From: Octopus sinensis
Taxonomy: Eukaryota
Direction of reading: 5' to 3'
Length of the DNA: 64,000 nucleotides
Assembly (NCBI RefSeq): GCF_006345805.1
Contig: NC_042999.1
Span: forward strand, 35,092,001 to 35,156,000
The position numbers and the translations under genes were made by a program. Below the pieces are notes generated by a model. It saw only the letters and a list, made by a program, of their open reading frames with translations, did not search any database and was not told the DNA's origin. Positions within the stretch are counted from its first letter, which is position 1, and the number at the start of each line of letters is the position of its first letter. This document shows, one piece after another, positions 12,391-25,859 of the stretch.

Positions 12391-12849
12391 CAAAAGGATA
12401 TACAAAAACAGCTATACCAACAAACCAACATACTTCCATCATCAGCTAACCCACGGATATCCTTATAGTTTCGACACCTGGGCAGTACCATTCAATCCGG
12501 CGGTGTCAACAGCACTAAAATAAGTGTTACTTTGGAATAAACATACCAAAGAAACCACAACTTTCAAACATATTTACCTTATGTACAACAGTATCGGTAA
12601 ATACATTCAATAAGTAAATCTATAACCAACTCCTAAATATGTAACTAAACGTATGCATGTATGCAAGTATGCATATGTATGTATATATAATATGCCTGTT
12701 TATTCTATATTTGTGGAATTATACATAACTTAGGTTTCATACGTTAGTTAATGCAATTCTCAAATGTTCCACTTTTAAAATAGTGGTGAAAATATTCTCT
12801 ATATACGTACGCATACATATACGCGTATGTGTGAATTTATATATAATAT

Positions 12850-12896
<47 letters not shown>

Positions 12897-12898
<2 letters not shown>

Positions 12899-14055
12899 TA
12901 GCTGAAGGTGACCCGCTCTACGCGCGGGTAAGAGTGTGATTGTTACTTTCTGTTGCTTCCTTTCAGCACGTAAAAAGCACCATCCGAACGTGGCCGATTG
13001 CAGCGCCGCCTTGACTGGCTTCTCTGCCGGTGGCACATAAAAAGCACCAACCGATCGTTGCCGCTGCGAGCCCCCCTGGCACCACGAAAAAAGCACCCAC
13101 TACACTCACAGAGTGATTGGCGTTAGGAAGGTCATCCACCTGTAGAAACACTGCCAGATCAGACAGGAGCCTGGTGCAGCCTCCTGGCTTCCAAGACCCC
13201 GGTCAAACTGTCCAACCCGTGCTAGCACGGAAAACGGACGTTAAACGATGATGATGATGATGATGATTCTCCCTCTGTGTTTCTCTCTCCTTTCTCTCTC
13301 ACTTTCCCACTCTCTTACTTTTCTTTTCTCTCGGACTCTCCCTCGCTTTCTCTTACTCTCTATATTTATCTATCCCTCTCCCATTTATAAACAACAAAAG
13401 ATCTTGAGTAAGTTGAGAAATAAAATATTTAGAAAGATCAATCATAAATATCAGGCAGTGGCAACGGAAAGGTCTGCTTCAAGGCAGACAGCAAAACGCT
13501 AACATTTAAAAGGGACAGACGAACTTGCGAGCTGAATAAAAATAATAAAATATTGGAAACCAAAGTTTGAAGGGATAGAATGTGAGGATAACAGAGTCAC
13601 CATGGCTGGCATTTCTTAACGACGGACAGCAACGTATTGACAGTTTAACGGCTGGCGTAAAATTTTGAACTTGATGTAAAAAAAAATTCGTAAACACCAA
13701 GTTTTGAAGTGATTCTTTCTCACGACAGTAGACTCACCATGGCAAGCATTCAAAACTTCTTCATCATGGACGGCAACGATTAAAAGGCTGGCGCAAATTT
13801 TTTAGCTTGATGTAACAGAGAATTCCTAAACACTCGCTCCTTTAAATTTTAATCCCCTTCCATCCCATTTAGACCCCTTTTCACATTTTGGTTAGTATAA
13901 CCCGATTTCATTCGGGTGTACTGGGGCCACATTTTATAAGATGAGGAATTTTGTCCTAGAGGTCACGCCTTATAGTTGTCATGCAAACTTGCCAACACTT
14001 TTAACATAGGTGTGCATATTTTCAGCTGAACCGACCGACCACATAATGCACACAT

Positions 14056-14075
<20 letters not shown>
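12897..14075 (+). mobile_element. Non-autonomous Helitron-like element, interrupted by a SINE
   Basis: 5' ACTAGCTGAAGGTGACCCGCTCTACGCGCGGG start; internal ~90-bp duplication (13594-13680 / 13731-13815); 3' end CAGCTGAACCGACCGACCACA followed by a microsatellite. Confidence 0.45.
12950..13266 (+). mobile_element. SINE 3' part with RTE-like tail
   Basis: GGCGTTAGGAAGGTCATCCACCTGTAGAAAC core, CCAACCCGTGCTAGCACGGAAAACGGACGTTAAAC and a (GAT)n tail; three AAAAAGCACC subrepeats. Confidence 0.75.
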
Positions 14076-14087
<12 letters not shown>

Positions 14088-14999
14088 CACGCATTATATA
14101 TACAAATTACATATATATATGTATAAATTAAATTAGAGATAAAACCACTAATAGGCAAATGAAACAGTAAAAAACCAAAAACAAAAACATAAAAATAAAA
14201 ATATAATATAGAAAATATATAAAATATAAAATTGAAAAATTTAAATTATTTAAATTTAAAATTAAAATTTTTAAATTATATTTATAATTTGTTTAAAAAT
14301 ATATATAACTATCAAAAAGTATTAAAAAGTTTATTATACATAAACACAGATATATACACTTTGTATATATACATTATATATACATATTTATACATAGAAC
14401 ACACACACACACACACACATATAAATGAACGCAAGAAAAATCTGATTCATAATATTTCTTCTCATGATTGTGTGTTGTTTGTGGCGATGATAATTCTCTC
14501 TACGAATGCAGACAGCGAGATAAAGAACGCCGTTTGACGAACTTATAAAGGGAAACTGAAGGGGAGTTAGAGGGGAATGGAGGAAATAGCGTGAGTGAGG
14601 AAGACAGATACGTAAAAGAACGAGAGTGGACTTGTCAAAGTGGGTTTTTGGCCCTAACAACGACACCTTTTAAGATAGGGATTTCTAAGGTAGCCCACGG
14701 GCATCGTCACCTTATTTTACATGTCCCTGTAAATTTTGGAGTCAATCCGACGGGATGTAGTGGCCTTGAAAGCGATCCAAGCGGTGGAAACGCATTTCAG
14801 TTTTATATAGAGAGATATAAAAGCATATACACCGAAAAGCGTGTATGTGTGTTTGAATGTATACGCATACATATATGCGTATGTGTGAATTTATACATAA
14901 TATAAATACATTTATATATATATATATATAAACATATAGATCGAAAAACGTGTGTGTGTGTTTGAATGCATGTGCGCATGCGTACTAACACCTGAAAGT

Positions 15000-15465
15000 G
15001 TATTTAATTGATATGCAATAGCGCAACCATTACATGGTTTAAGCAAATCATTGATAAACTCAATAGCAAATTTATCCAATTTTGATATCGTGGGTTTTTA
15101 CTACTCCGTCTCTAAAACAAATATCCTCCAGCAAGCACTTGTGTACGACATAGTATACGCAACTAATATTGATATTGTCATTACCGTCATAGTGAATTCA
15201 AGTAAATATTTACTCTTCCACGACGACTCATATGGATAAAAAAAGGAATGACGGCGAAAACCTTGATGCTCCTATGGGGAGCCACGATTGGGAAGTTATA
15301 ACGGATATGGTTAGCATTTATATTTTGCATAAACTCGGTAACGAAATAGAAGGGGCTAACATAGATCTGTATAGGGACGATGGTCTAGGATTTGTGAACA
15401 ACAAGCATAACAATGAAATGAATGTTATAAAAAATAAAGCTGTAGAACACCATTCAATATATTAG
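15000..15465 (+). mobile_element. Penelope-like reverse transcriptase remnant
   Basis: NFDIVGFYYSVS, LLFHDDS-WIKK, DAPMGSHDWEVITDMVSIYIL and DLYRDDGL match the PLE RT motifs FDIxxFYPSI, PMGSxDGAE and LYRDDGL; frameshifted. Confidence 0.85.
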
Positions 15466-15486
15466 AGTAGTATATCCACGGATATA

Positions 15487-15890
15487 GGCGTAGGAGTGGC
15501 TGTGTGGTAAGTAACTTGCTTACGAACCACATGGTTCCGGGTTCAGTCCCACTGCGTGGCAACTTGGGCAAGAGTCTTCTACTATAGCCTCGGGCCGACC
15601 AAAGCCTTGTGAGTGGATTTGGTAAACGGAAACTGAAAGAAGCCCATCGTATATATATTTATATATATGTGTGTATGTGTGTGTGTTAGTGTGTCTGTGT
15701 TTGTCCCCGCAACATCGCTCGGCAACCGATGCTGGTATGTGTTTACGTCCCCGTAACTTAGCGGTTCGGCAAAAGAGACCGATAGAATAAGTACTAGGCT
15801 TACAAAGAATAAGTCCTGGGATCGATTTGCCCTACTAAAGGCGGTGCTCCAGAATGGCCATAGTCAAATGACTGAAACAAGTAAAGAGTA
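15487..15890 (+). mobile_element. tRNA-derived SINE (family A), full length
   Basis: Head GGAGTGGCTGTGTGGTAAG...GGTTCAGTCCC, TTGGGCAAG core, internal (TA)/(TG) tract, end AAGGCGGTGCTCCAG..TGGCC..AGTCAAATGACTGAAACAAGTAAA. Confidence 0.9.
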
Positions 15891-15960
15891 ACGAGGATAG
15901 CAAATAAAAGGGACGTAGATATAAATGCAACTTCAGTATCACAGAGAGGCAAAATGTCAA

Positions 15961-16196
15961 TTGTGTCGACGCCCCTAGACGATGAAGTAAGCTAGCCCAA
16001 TACGTAGATATAGAGAGAGAAGTTTCATTGTTATATCGCAATACTACACAGTGGCTGTGTGAGCTACGAAATCCTTGTCGCCACTGTTATATCGCACGTT
16101 CGGATGACCTCTACTCAACTCTTCGACGTCTAGACTTCTCCCTCTATATCTACGTATTGGGCTAGCCTACTTCATCGTCTGGGGGCGTCGACGCAA
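15961..16196. mobile_element. Hairpin/MITE-like element with ~63-bp inverted arms
   Basis: 15961-16023 is the reverse complement of 16134-16196 with about 4 mismatches. Confidence 0.75.
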
Positions 16197-17504
16197 CATC
16201 CTAACCCCGTAAGCATTTATCTACATATCTTGTGGAAATTCACACACATAATACATTTTTATCTATGCATATATGTGTATATATGAGAATTTATATGGAT
16301 AATATTTTACATAAAACATATAACTACACAAATATGGATTGTATAATACACATACGTATACAGCATTTTTACGTATATGATAATAAATGCATATTTCCAT
16401 ATACTTTAGTTTGCACACAGCATGCATTCACATTTTCTACACATACATACATCTCTTACAGATATAAGCATCCGTAATATCTCTCAGCACAATAATGCAT
16501 GCACTGATATATTAGTGTTATCAAGATCAAAACCAATATAAAGGAGACAGCCTCTGCCAAAATACCTGAAAAGTTAATCCTTATATTTATATCTATACCA
16601 TCTAATAACGCTTGAAGTCTTGTAAAATCCCACATAACAAATCCCAAATAGGGATGGTTTATCACTATTTTGAATGTCCAGCATTTGAAAATTGCATTCA
16701 CCAACACATGACACCTAAGGTTGTGAATAAATTCCACAAATAAAGTATTTATCCATCAATGCGACGTTAAGTACTAATTTTCATTGTTTACCTCTAAATA
16801 GTCGGACGGTTGGATCTCATAGATTACCGGCCAACTAAGAAATGAATTTATGTTTCTTCTGCTGCTGCAGTTGCCATTTTATGCCATTTACATTAGGTAT
16901 TAAACGCTTTCGATACCGTTGCGACTTTCACTATTGTAAACCAGACTGCCATTGTATATTTACACAGACTTAACTACCTCCTGTATCAGAAAACGATATT
17001 GCATGGTGTCCAAGTAAAACTCACCCATACAAAACCCAGTACCGCAAGAAATTCTGTTAAACTGGATACCCATAATGGAAAATCTCGTGTTAGTACCATC
17101 TTAACTATTTTATATTATCTTGATTATGAACAGAAATTGACAAATTATTTCAGTAACATCACTAGAATTATATGAAATTATTCATGTTAATTTACATTAA
17201 TTGAGTTGAGGATTGCCGTAATTAACCTTTATTATATTTGTCGAATTCGTTATATAATTGCTGATAAAGGCAAACTGGAGTTTTGAAGTGTATTAAATAG
17301 CTAATGTTAACGATTTACAGCACGAATGTTACAGCATGCTCGACTCTGACTTTACAATACCGATGTTATGTAAATTGAATTTGTCCTCATCTGCTTTAGA
17401 CTGATGTGACATTAACATAATGATGGAATTAAAAGAGGCTATTTCTAAGAAGTACTGTTGTTGCTGTTCTTCTCTTAACAGTTTGGTTAGTGTGGGAAGG
17501 GCAA

Positions 17505-17686
17505 AGCCCATAAAATGTCCGTACGTAATTATTAAATACTGGGCGTCGTTTACCGTGAATTTATCTCTACTAATAGATCCTCCTCCCTTTCATGATTAAA
17601 CAGCAGATGTTATTCACAGTGAGTATAGCTTTATTCTACAGACCCATCCATAATTATGAAAGAACAGATTCTCATATATCGTTTAG

Positions 17687-17736
<50 letters not shown>

Positions 17737-18050
17737 TTATATATATTTATATATATGTATATATATATATGTATGTATATGTATATATATACATATATAT
17801 ATGTATATGTATATATGTATATATATATATCACATAGACCCGCCCATAATATTTAGGAAGCAACAGATGGCGCTCACTGTGAATGTATCATTTACTCCAC
17901 AGATCAGTCAATAACAGTTAAACTACTAGTGTCTTTTACTGTGAATATATTATTATTCCTCAAGCCCGCCCATAAATGCTGAACAATAGATGTCATTCAC
18001 CTTTAATATGTTTTACTCCTCAAACATGCCCAATAATGAGATTATTTCAG
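17505..18050. repeat. Degenerate ~60-bp tandem repeat
   Basis: Recurrent CCC(G/A)(C/T)CCATAA...ACAGATG...TCACTGTGAAT units, interrupted by a (TG)/(TA) tract. Confidence 0.5.
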
Positions 18051-18102
18051 ACATTTGGAATACGTAGAGTTTCAAACTTGGAAATTCTTGTTTTGTTAAC
18101 AG

Positions 18103-18404
18103 GTGGTGGTGGTGGTGGTGGTGGTGGTGGTGGTGGTGGTGGTGGTGGTGTTAGTGATGGTGGTGGTGGTGCTGATGGTGGTGCTGGTGGTGGTGCTGGT
18201 GGTGATGCTGGTGGTGGTGGTGATGGTGGTGTTGGTGGTGGTGGTGATGATGGTGGTAGTGGTGGTGATGGTGGTCGTGGTGGTGATGGTGGTGGTGGTG
18301 GTGGTGATGGTGCTGGTAGTGGCGCTGCTGGTGGTGCTGGTGGTGGTGCTGGTGGTGTTGCTGGTGCTGCTGCTGATGTTGTTGTTGTTGTTGTTGTTGT
18401 TGTT
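18103..18404. repeat. Compound (GGT)/(GAT)/(GCT)/(GTT)n trinucleotide repeat
   Basis: Directly visible. Confidence 0.95.
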
Positions 18405-18872
18405 AAGCAACAAGACGGGTAAGGGTGGTTTGTTGATAGGGCTTAGGGGCGGGAGACCCCAGACGTTGGAAAAAAAAAATTTTGGTCGTCTTGTTGTAGT
18501 CGAAGGCTCTTCGTTGACGCCCGACACCACTGGGAGGTGGCCCTCGAAGGAAATGGAAATCGCCAGGTCCAAACTCTTGAACGGCTGCTGCTGCTGTTGT
18601 TTATCCAGTCTCATTTTAACTCTGATCGAAAACCCTATAGTCCAAAACTATATTATGTGAAACCAGCCAATTATTCTCGACTATGACCACTTCTTTTAGG
18701 CCTACATTATCCAATATGTACTTTATTTTCCTCAAGGATGAGATATGGATTGAGAGAAATTTGGCGGATATTTCTAGCTGATCAAACGACTGCGTAGATA
18801 CTTTCTAATTATTACCTGGTAAAGATTTTGCTACGTCTTCCAACAGGTCGCTGATTACGTAGAGGTTTTTCA

Positions 18873-19324
18873 GGATCTTTTCGGTTTGAACGGCAGTTTT
18901 TTCTAGTGGTGTCATATGAAATTGTCACCTATAGTTAAGCCCCTAGTATCGATCTATTGCATTTCAATCTGTTTTAGGGTTAGGGTTAGTTAGGGTTGGT
19001 TAGGGTTAGGATTAGGGTTAGGGTTAGGGGTGGGGGAAGGGTATCTTTCTTTCTTCAGAAATGTAAATAAGCCCAATCTGTTTCTTAAACGAGGGACATA
19101 TTCATACGGCACAGAATGTTTTTTAGCTCAATAGATGTCACTGATTGGTTGAAATTGCAGAAATTGAAGAAAAAACAACAAATATCTTACAGACTATAGA
19201 ATTTTCTCAATAAAGCCAAGAGAAAAAGATGTTTTATAAACACATTCTACCAGTATACGAAGTTTGAAATTTTTTAGTTACCAAGAAATTATGTTAAAAA
19301 CTGCCGTTCAAACCGAAAAGATCC
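18873..19324. mobile_element. MITE with perfect 29-bp TIRs and internal TTAGGG repeats
   Basis: GGATCTTTTCGGTTTGAACGGCAGTTTTT at 18873 and its exact reverse complement ending at 19324; (TTAGGG)-type run at 18974-19029. Confidence 0.85.
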
Positions 19325-21257
19325 GTTTTTCTCTCATTGGTTTCTTTACAACTTAGAACAGTAAAAGTTTTATTTTGTTCAGATGAAGACACTACATCTT
19401 CGCTTGAAACTGCAGAACATCAACTTTAATGTGTGGCTACTTATAGATCTCTCTAAGACTTGCCATCAGAACAGCAGCAACCAATTCAGATCATAATTTC
19501 TAAGCTGTTCTCTTTTTGTGTGCACAGTCAAAAGTACCTAACAACACAGGGAAATTGAATTTTCACAGTATCGATTGCTAGCGCCGACGGAGAGAAAATA
19601 TCAGATTTATCCGGATTAATCCTAATACTGAAAAACACAGAATACACTTCACTAATACATGACTACACAGGGCTGTCCATAATCTCCTAATAGGAATACA
19701 CTTCGTCTTTCTGTCGAAATTGTTATGTTAATACGTCGGATTTATGGGAGAATGTGACCGAATATTTAATTGCCATATACATCAGAGCCAATATAATTGA
19801 GTTGCACGGTTTCTCATTCAATGATATAAACATTGCGTAAAATGCAGTGGTTTCTTTATTTTGGTTTTTTATTTTTATTTTTTTTAGAAAAAAACATATT
19901 GGAGGTCATTTTCTTAAACTACACCTAGAATTTTGTATTGACGCATATTTCTTAAATATATTTAAACAACGAATGTGCCTTCTCATATTTTTTTTTACTG
20001 CGTCAACAGGTATTATATCAATGGAGATCCTCTGATCAGTTAAGCACACGGAGCATTTTACAACTTTATCTCAAATTTTTCTCTTAAAAAATAGACCAAA
20101 GCAATTGGCAAACAATCATGATTAAATTGTCTGTTTTAGTTGACACATTTTCGTCTAAGCTGAAAGATATATTCTATTTTAACTGCTCATTTCAAAAAGA
20201 CATAAACATTTTACAGTTCCATTCTCCTCGAGTATTTTTAATTTATTCACAGCAAGAAAAAGATGTCATTTCGAAAAATAAGACTGAATTTTTACACCTA
20301 GCTGTGAATAAAAAAAAGTGTGAACATAAAAACTATCATGCTCTTAAAGCAGGTAATATCGAAAACAAATATTTATAAACGACACAACGTATTTCGAAAT
20401 ACCTGAAACATGTATCAGTTATTTACTAGAAAGTCTGAAACAGTGGAGATTGCGATTGTTTGAAAATATCTAAATGGTTATCGTAAATAAACAGAAACTA
20501 ATTGGAAAGCTTTCACATTTATTTCGGGATAATTATCTCTCATCACAGGGGACGTACTATTATTACTCAGCTGTCAAAAAATTTTGAAACTACATCGTTA
20601 TATGTTGCATTGATTTATCAGGATTAAGACCCATCCTTCTTTGACTAAAATACATTAGTCGTTCACGTAAATTTATAGAGAACACGTTAGAATAACCAGT
20701 TATATATTGGGAAACCTTAACTATGGAGAGAGATATTATGTGAAACCATCCAATTATTTTAACTCGACTATGATACATGTTTCATTACTGAATATTTTGT
20801 TCAGATATTTTATATATCATTCAAATTCACGTTCCATTTCAGAGTGAGATAATGGAATAAGTAATCTTTATTCAAGTCGAAAGCACTTAATAAATAACAG
20901 CGAGATTATATAATTCTGATTATGTTTATTTTTTAGGAATTGATAATTTAAATTAGACCCATGATCAATTTCTTCGGTGCATTTTGTTACCTGTGAAGGT
21001 GCAATAGTACACGATTGTTTTCATTGCATTTCGTTTACATTGTTGATGTCCTGACTATTTTTTAATTCCTATTTCCACTAATTTATTGGCATACTCTATG
21101 GTATCAATGTAGATATAACTTCTGTCCCTTTTCGTTGTCAGTTAGCGTTGTTGCTATTTGTTTCGCTTTTATTGTTTGATTGCTGTAATAATTATTTGCC
21201 TGGAGTGTACATTAAACCAGTGTTTATCAAGCTGTGAAAACCTATTAGACTATATAT

Positions 21258-21320
<63 letters not shown>

Positions 21321-21464
21321 ACGGTGTTATAGCCCGCGAGCACAATATTGAATCTCAAGACGTATTTTCTTAATTGAATAATTATTTCGTGAATATTAAT
21401 TATCTGAATGGTTTCGTTGAAAATGGCGAAGCGAAAAACAAACCCACGTAAATTCTCCCCTATG

Positions 21465-21675
<211 letters not shown>

Positions 21676-21910
21676 ATATTTATCCTCATATCTATTTTTT
21701 GCCAAATAAAAACACGCACTATATATTCGTTCTTCAATCGTTTATTACTGTTGTTATTTTAACTCATATCCGGAAATTCGCCCTTATATAAAGATATATA
21801 TATCATAGAAGAATAGAATGGACTACGTGGAGCAGGTGCATACACGAGGACGGAAAGTATCACTGAAGAGGTCACATATGTGTGACAAAATATTTCCGTA
21901 CAATGGGCAT

Positions 21911-22515
21911 GAATACAAAGATTCCTTCTTCAGATATTGATAGGGATTGTTCGAGTCATTGCTACAATCGGTTTTCCAAGGGTTACTTTTTGTCCGGAAG
22001 CGTCTCTGCAGTGGTCTTACGAACTTCTTTCCCGAATTCCTCATGAGAAGTGCATGAGGGCGGCCATGTCTCGAGCTCGTGTGTATTGGCACATCTGCAG
22101 CGCTGCTTCTAAGTTATGTATTATACGTGCAGTTTCTTTTTTTCTTTCTTTTTTTTCAATAATACATGAGCATGTTATCAAAAATGAACCTACACGCATC
22201 CAGATGTAACTAAATAATAAATTGTTTGCCAACATCCAGCCTGTTGTTAATTTGGGGCCCTAGTCTGTCTATGAGGATAGCTTCCTTAATTCTTAAATTA
22301 CCCAAATTTCTTTCATTGGCCTCAATTGTGACTGCTATGCTTTTTATCGGTGTTCCGGCATCCGTCTAGATGTTTTTTTGAAGGAATTCCTGAAGGATCT
22401 TCGTAAGACCACTGTAGAGACGCTTCCGGAAAAAAAATTCAGTAACCGTTGGAAAACCGATTGTAGCAGTGAGTCGAACAATTCCTAGCGATCTGAAGAA
22501 GGAATTTTTGTATTC
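21911..22515. repeat. Long inverted repeat (~130-bp arms, ~340-bp spacer), probably PLE-derived
   Basis: 21911-22040 aligns to the reverse complement of 22383-22515; decayed hammerhead-like motif just upstream at 21849-21899. Confidence 0.7.
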
Positions 22516-22637
22516 CGAAATAGTATTATTATATCAGACTGGATAATTAAATTATGATAACAGTTATTATAGTCCATTGTTGTGCCATTCAAGACACATT
22601 ATATTTTACAAACAACACACAATGCTTCGAGTGAACT

Positions 22638-22678
<41 letters not shown>

Positions 22679-24417
22679 GAGCAAAACGCCCCCCCCCCCG
22701 TCCAATGGACGGTGCTGAGTTTGTTAAACATTTATACCAAATTTTCTCAAAACAACTAGTCCGACCGTCCCATAGGCCTCCCTTTTCAGAAACACTGATC
22801 GCAACAGCTGATGTTCATGCGCGCACAAATGCACGTTCCCACGGTTTTATCGATCGATGAACCGGCAAACAAGCATAACATACTCTATATTATCGTTTAT
22901 ATTCGTTTAGAATGTTTAATTTCGTAATTGAATTTAACCTTACGTTTACATCGCCGCGGCATACCAGCAAATCTTTCTTAAACTATTTGTATATAGTTAT
23001 AAACTGGCGATTCGGTTTATCCCCGGTTCGAATCAGGTACGATGGGGTAAAATAACTGAAATATCGATACTCATCGCCCTCCTTCACGGGTCGATTCATT
23101 TCGACTTGGTTTGAACCGTGTTGTTTAACAGTCAGCGTCTTAAAAGGACTTTCCTGAGACGAAATACCGCAGCCGAAGAGGATTTAAACAAAACGCATAC
23201 ATTAAGAATTTGCCATCAATAATGTTTACATCCTTAGGAGCTACTGAAATATATACACACAAGTTAGCACATAGATGCAAAACAGTATGGAAAAAATAGT
23301 ACTCGAATACCAAAGGTAGAGTAATATACTACTTCATTGAAGCCGAAACTTACAATTTATCAATATTTTTACTAGTCTGTATTACCATAGCTGAAACGGT
23401 AGCACGAAACTCTGAGTAACAGCTTGTGAATATACTGTACATAATTGTTCGAGTGTATACGTTGTTAAGTGGAAAACCCGAATAGTTAATAAAGCAAGGT
23501 GCATTCAAAGAGTCCAACACTGAACCAGTACACTCATACCCACCACCACTCGGATTCGGTTTATACTGCAGAGCACTGACTGATTCTATCACCTTTCGTA
23601 GAACTAAATACTTTAGATAGGTTGACGTAAATAGTTATTTAATTCGATTGGGAAAAATCAATAATTTAAATTGGATATTACGAGTAATATTCTTCATTGC
23701 ATGTCGTTTCTGTTATCTAAATTCATTTCTCTGGCAGTATTAACTCAGACGAATGAACCAAGATTTGACCTCAAAATGCTTTGTATTTATTTTAAAAGTT
23801 CCAGGTGGGTTCTTGTGCGAGTGCAAGCATTTGTGCACGTGTGTATTTATGTGTATGTATTCCCGCGCATCCTAAAGTATGTTTAATGGTATCTTGTTGA
23901 ATGAATAGGCGTATATGTTGCGTGAAATTTCAGCACTGCTTGAATAGCTGTCTTCGTCAAAGTGTCAAATGTGATATATCAATAGAGGATAAACTGTCAT
24001 ACTTTGGGAATGTACACAGGCGTTATGTGGAATTTGTTCAACACGATAATTCCTCGATGACCTTCGATTGATTATAAGAGTGTAGGTGAAGTATTAAGCA
24101 AATACAAGTCAGGTTATTTTAAATACTTTCTTCATCATATGAGAGAAACTCACCAACGTGTTAAGCAAATGAAATGTAGATGTATTTCTAAAGGCATTTT
24201 ATGTATCTATTGTTGTAGACAGAATGGTAGATTTAGAATAACAGCAAAACTAGCAAATCAGAAAGAAATTATTGTTTCGTTGTCGATAATTGAAGATCAA
24301 AATAAAATGTTGCTATCAATAAGATTGTTTCAAAATTAGATTGTTCGCAATGCAAGGCAAACAGGCGCCTCGGGGTTTTGTTCAAAACTAAAGCGTTTCT
24401 GTATAATACATACATAC

Positions 24418-24510
<93 letters not shown>

Positions 24511-24511
24511 G

Positions 24512-24568
<57 letters not shown>

Positions 24569-25302
24569 GTGTGTGTCTGTGTGTGTTTTGTTCCAACGTC
24601 AATAAGAATAATGTTTAATTATATTAAAAATTGACATGGTTTCTAAAGTTTTATGTGCAACTAAATTGTCAGATAAAGTTATACTTATTGTTTGTTTTCT
24701 ATGTGTATTCCGGAAGCCGTAGGTTGCAGATGTAATCAACAATATAACCCACACAGTTATTAGTATTGCTCTGATCTCTTTAGTTCTGATCTCTTTCATT
24801 GTCCGCGACTAGCGATAAAGTGGGATGGGCATAAAACGAAAAGTTAATATAAAGTTATCTAAACAGAAACAACGTAGGAGGTAAAAGAGTCAAAGTCTAA
24901 CATTTCAGATAGATTTTATACCTTCGTATTGGAGCAGGTGTGGATGAATAGATAAAAATGTCTGTTTCTAGTTCACATAGTTTCGAGTTCGCCTTCACTA
25001 CCGAAATTTGGAATAAGTACATTTTACTTCAGCTTTGATTTGACAAGTGCTAAAACCCATCATACACACCGAGTGTGGCATGTATAGTTACCCATTATTT
25101 ATTTTATCATAAAATGAGAAAGCTTTAGGTTTTGGTGAATGGAAGCTTACAATTTGATTGTTATATTTATTGACAATATTTTATTTATATTTACAATGCA
25201 AAATGGTCACCCTTTACTTTCCCCATAGCACTTAATCTTTTCTTAACTAATCTGCATGACTTAGTACGTTTAAATAAAGGATAAATATATATGCCGCACC
25301 CG

Positions 25303-25354
<52 letters not shown>

Positions 25355-25359
<5 letters not shown>

Positions 25360-25550
25360 ATCCAAACAAGAAAACACAGAAAAAAAAAAACACAGCAACG
25401 CGAGGACGTGGAACAATTAAAGTATTATTGACGCTCAGGAAAGAAGGGACGGAGGGTTTAACGTTTCGAGCGGAGCTCTTCGTCGGAAACAAGGAGAAGG
25501 AAAGATCCCAAGAAGGGAAGACAGAGGAAAAAATATTTTTGCTGGTGGTG
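25355..25550 (-). mobile_element. PLE pseudo-LTR with minimal hammerhead motif
   Basis: Same subfamily as 35917-36120; minus-strand CCGACGA-A-GAGCTCCGCTC-GAAACGTT; ends in (TA)n. Confidence 0.7.
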
Positions 25551-25637
25551 CTCAAGAGATCACATGTTGAAAGAACAGAAGTTGAGAGGTAGAGGAATCA
25601 TGGTTTTTAAAAGCAAGAGAGTTTCAAAAAAAAGGAA

Positions 25638-25674
<37 letters not shown>

Positions 25675-25772
25675 AAGGATGACAAGTGTGTTTGTGCGTG
25701 CGTGTGTGTGTGTGTGTATTTATGGTGAATAATAAGCAATGGCAAGTTAGCTGTCATATATATATATATATA

Positions 25773-25858
<86 letters not shown>

Positions 25859-25859
25859 C

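Noticed and set aside
17329-17511. Protein-like 60-aa minus-strand ORF
   Set aside because: No recognisable motif and no convincing splice signals.
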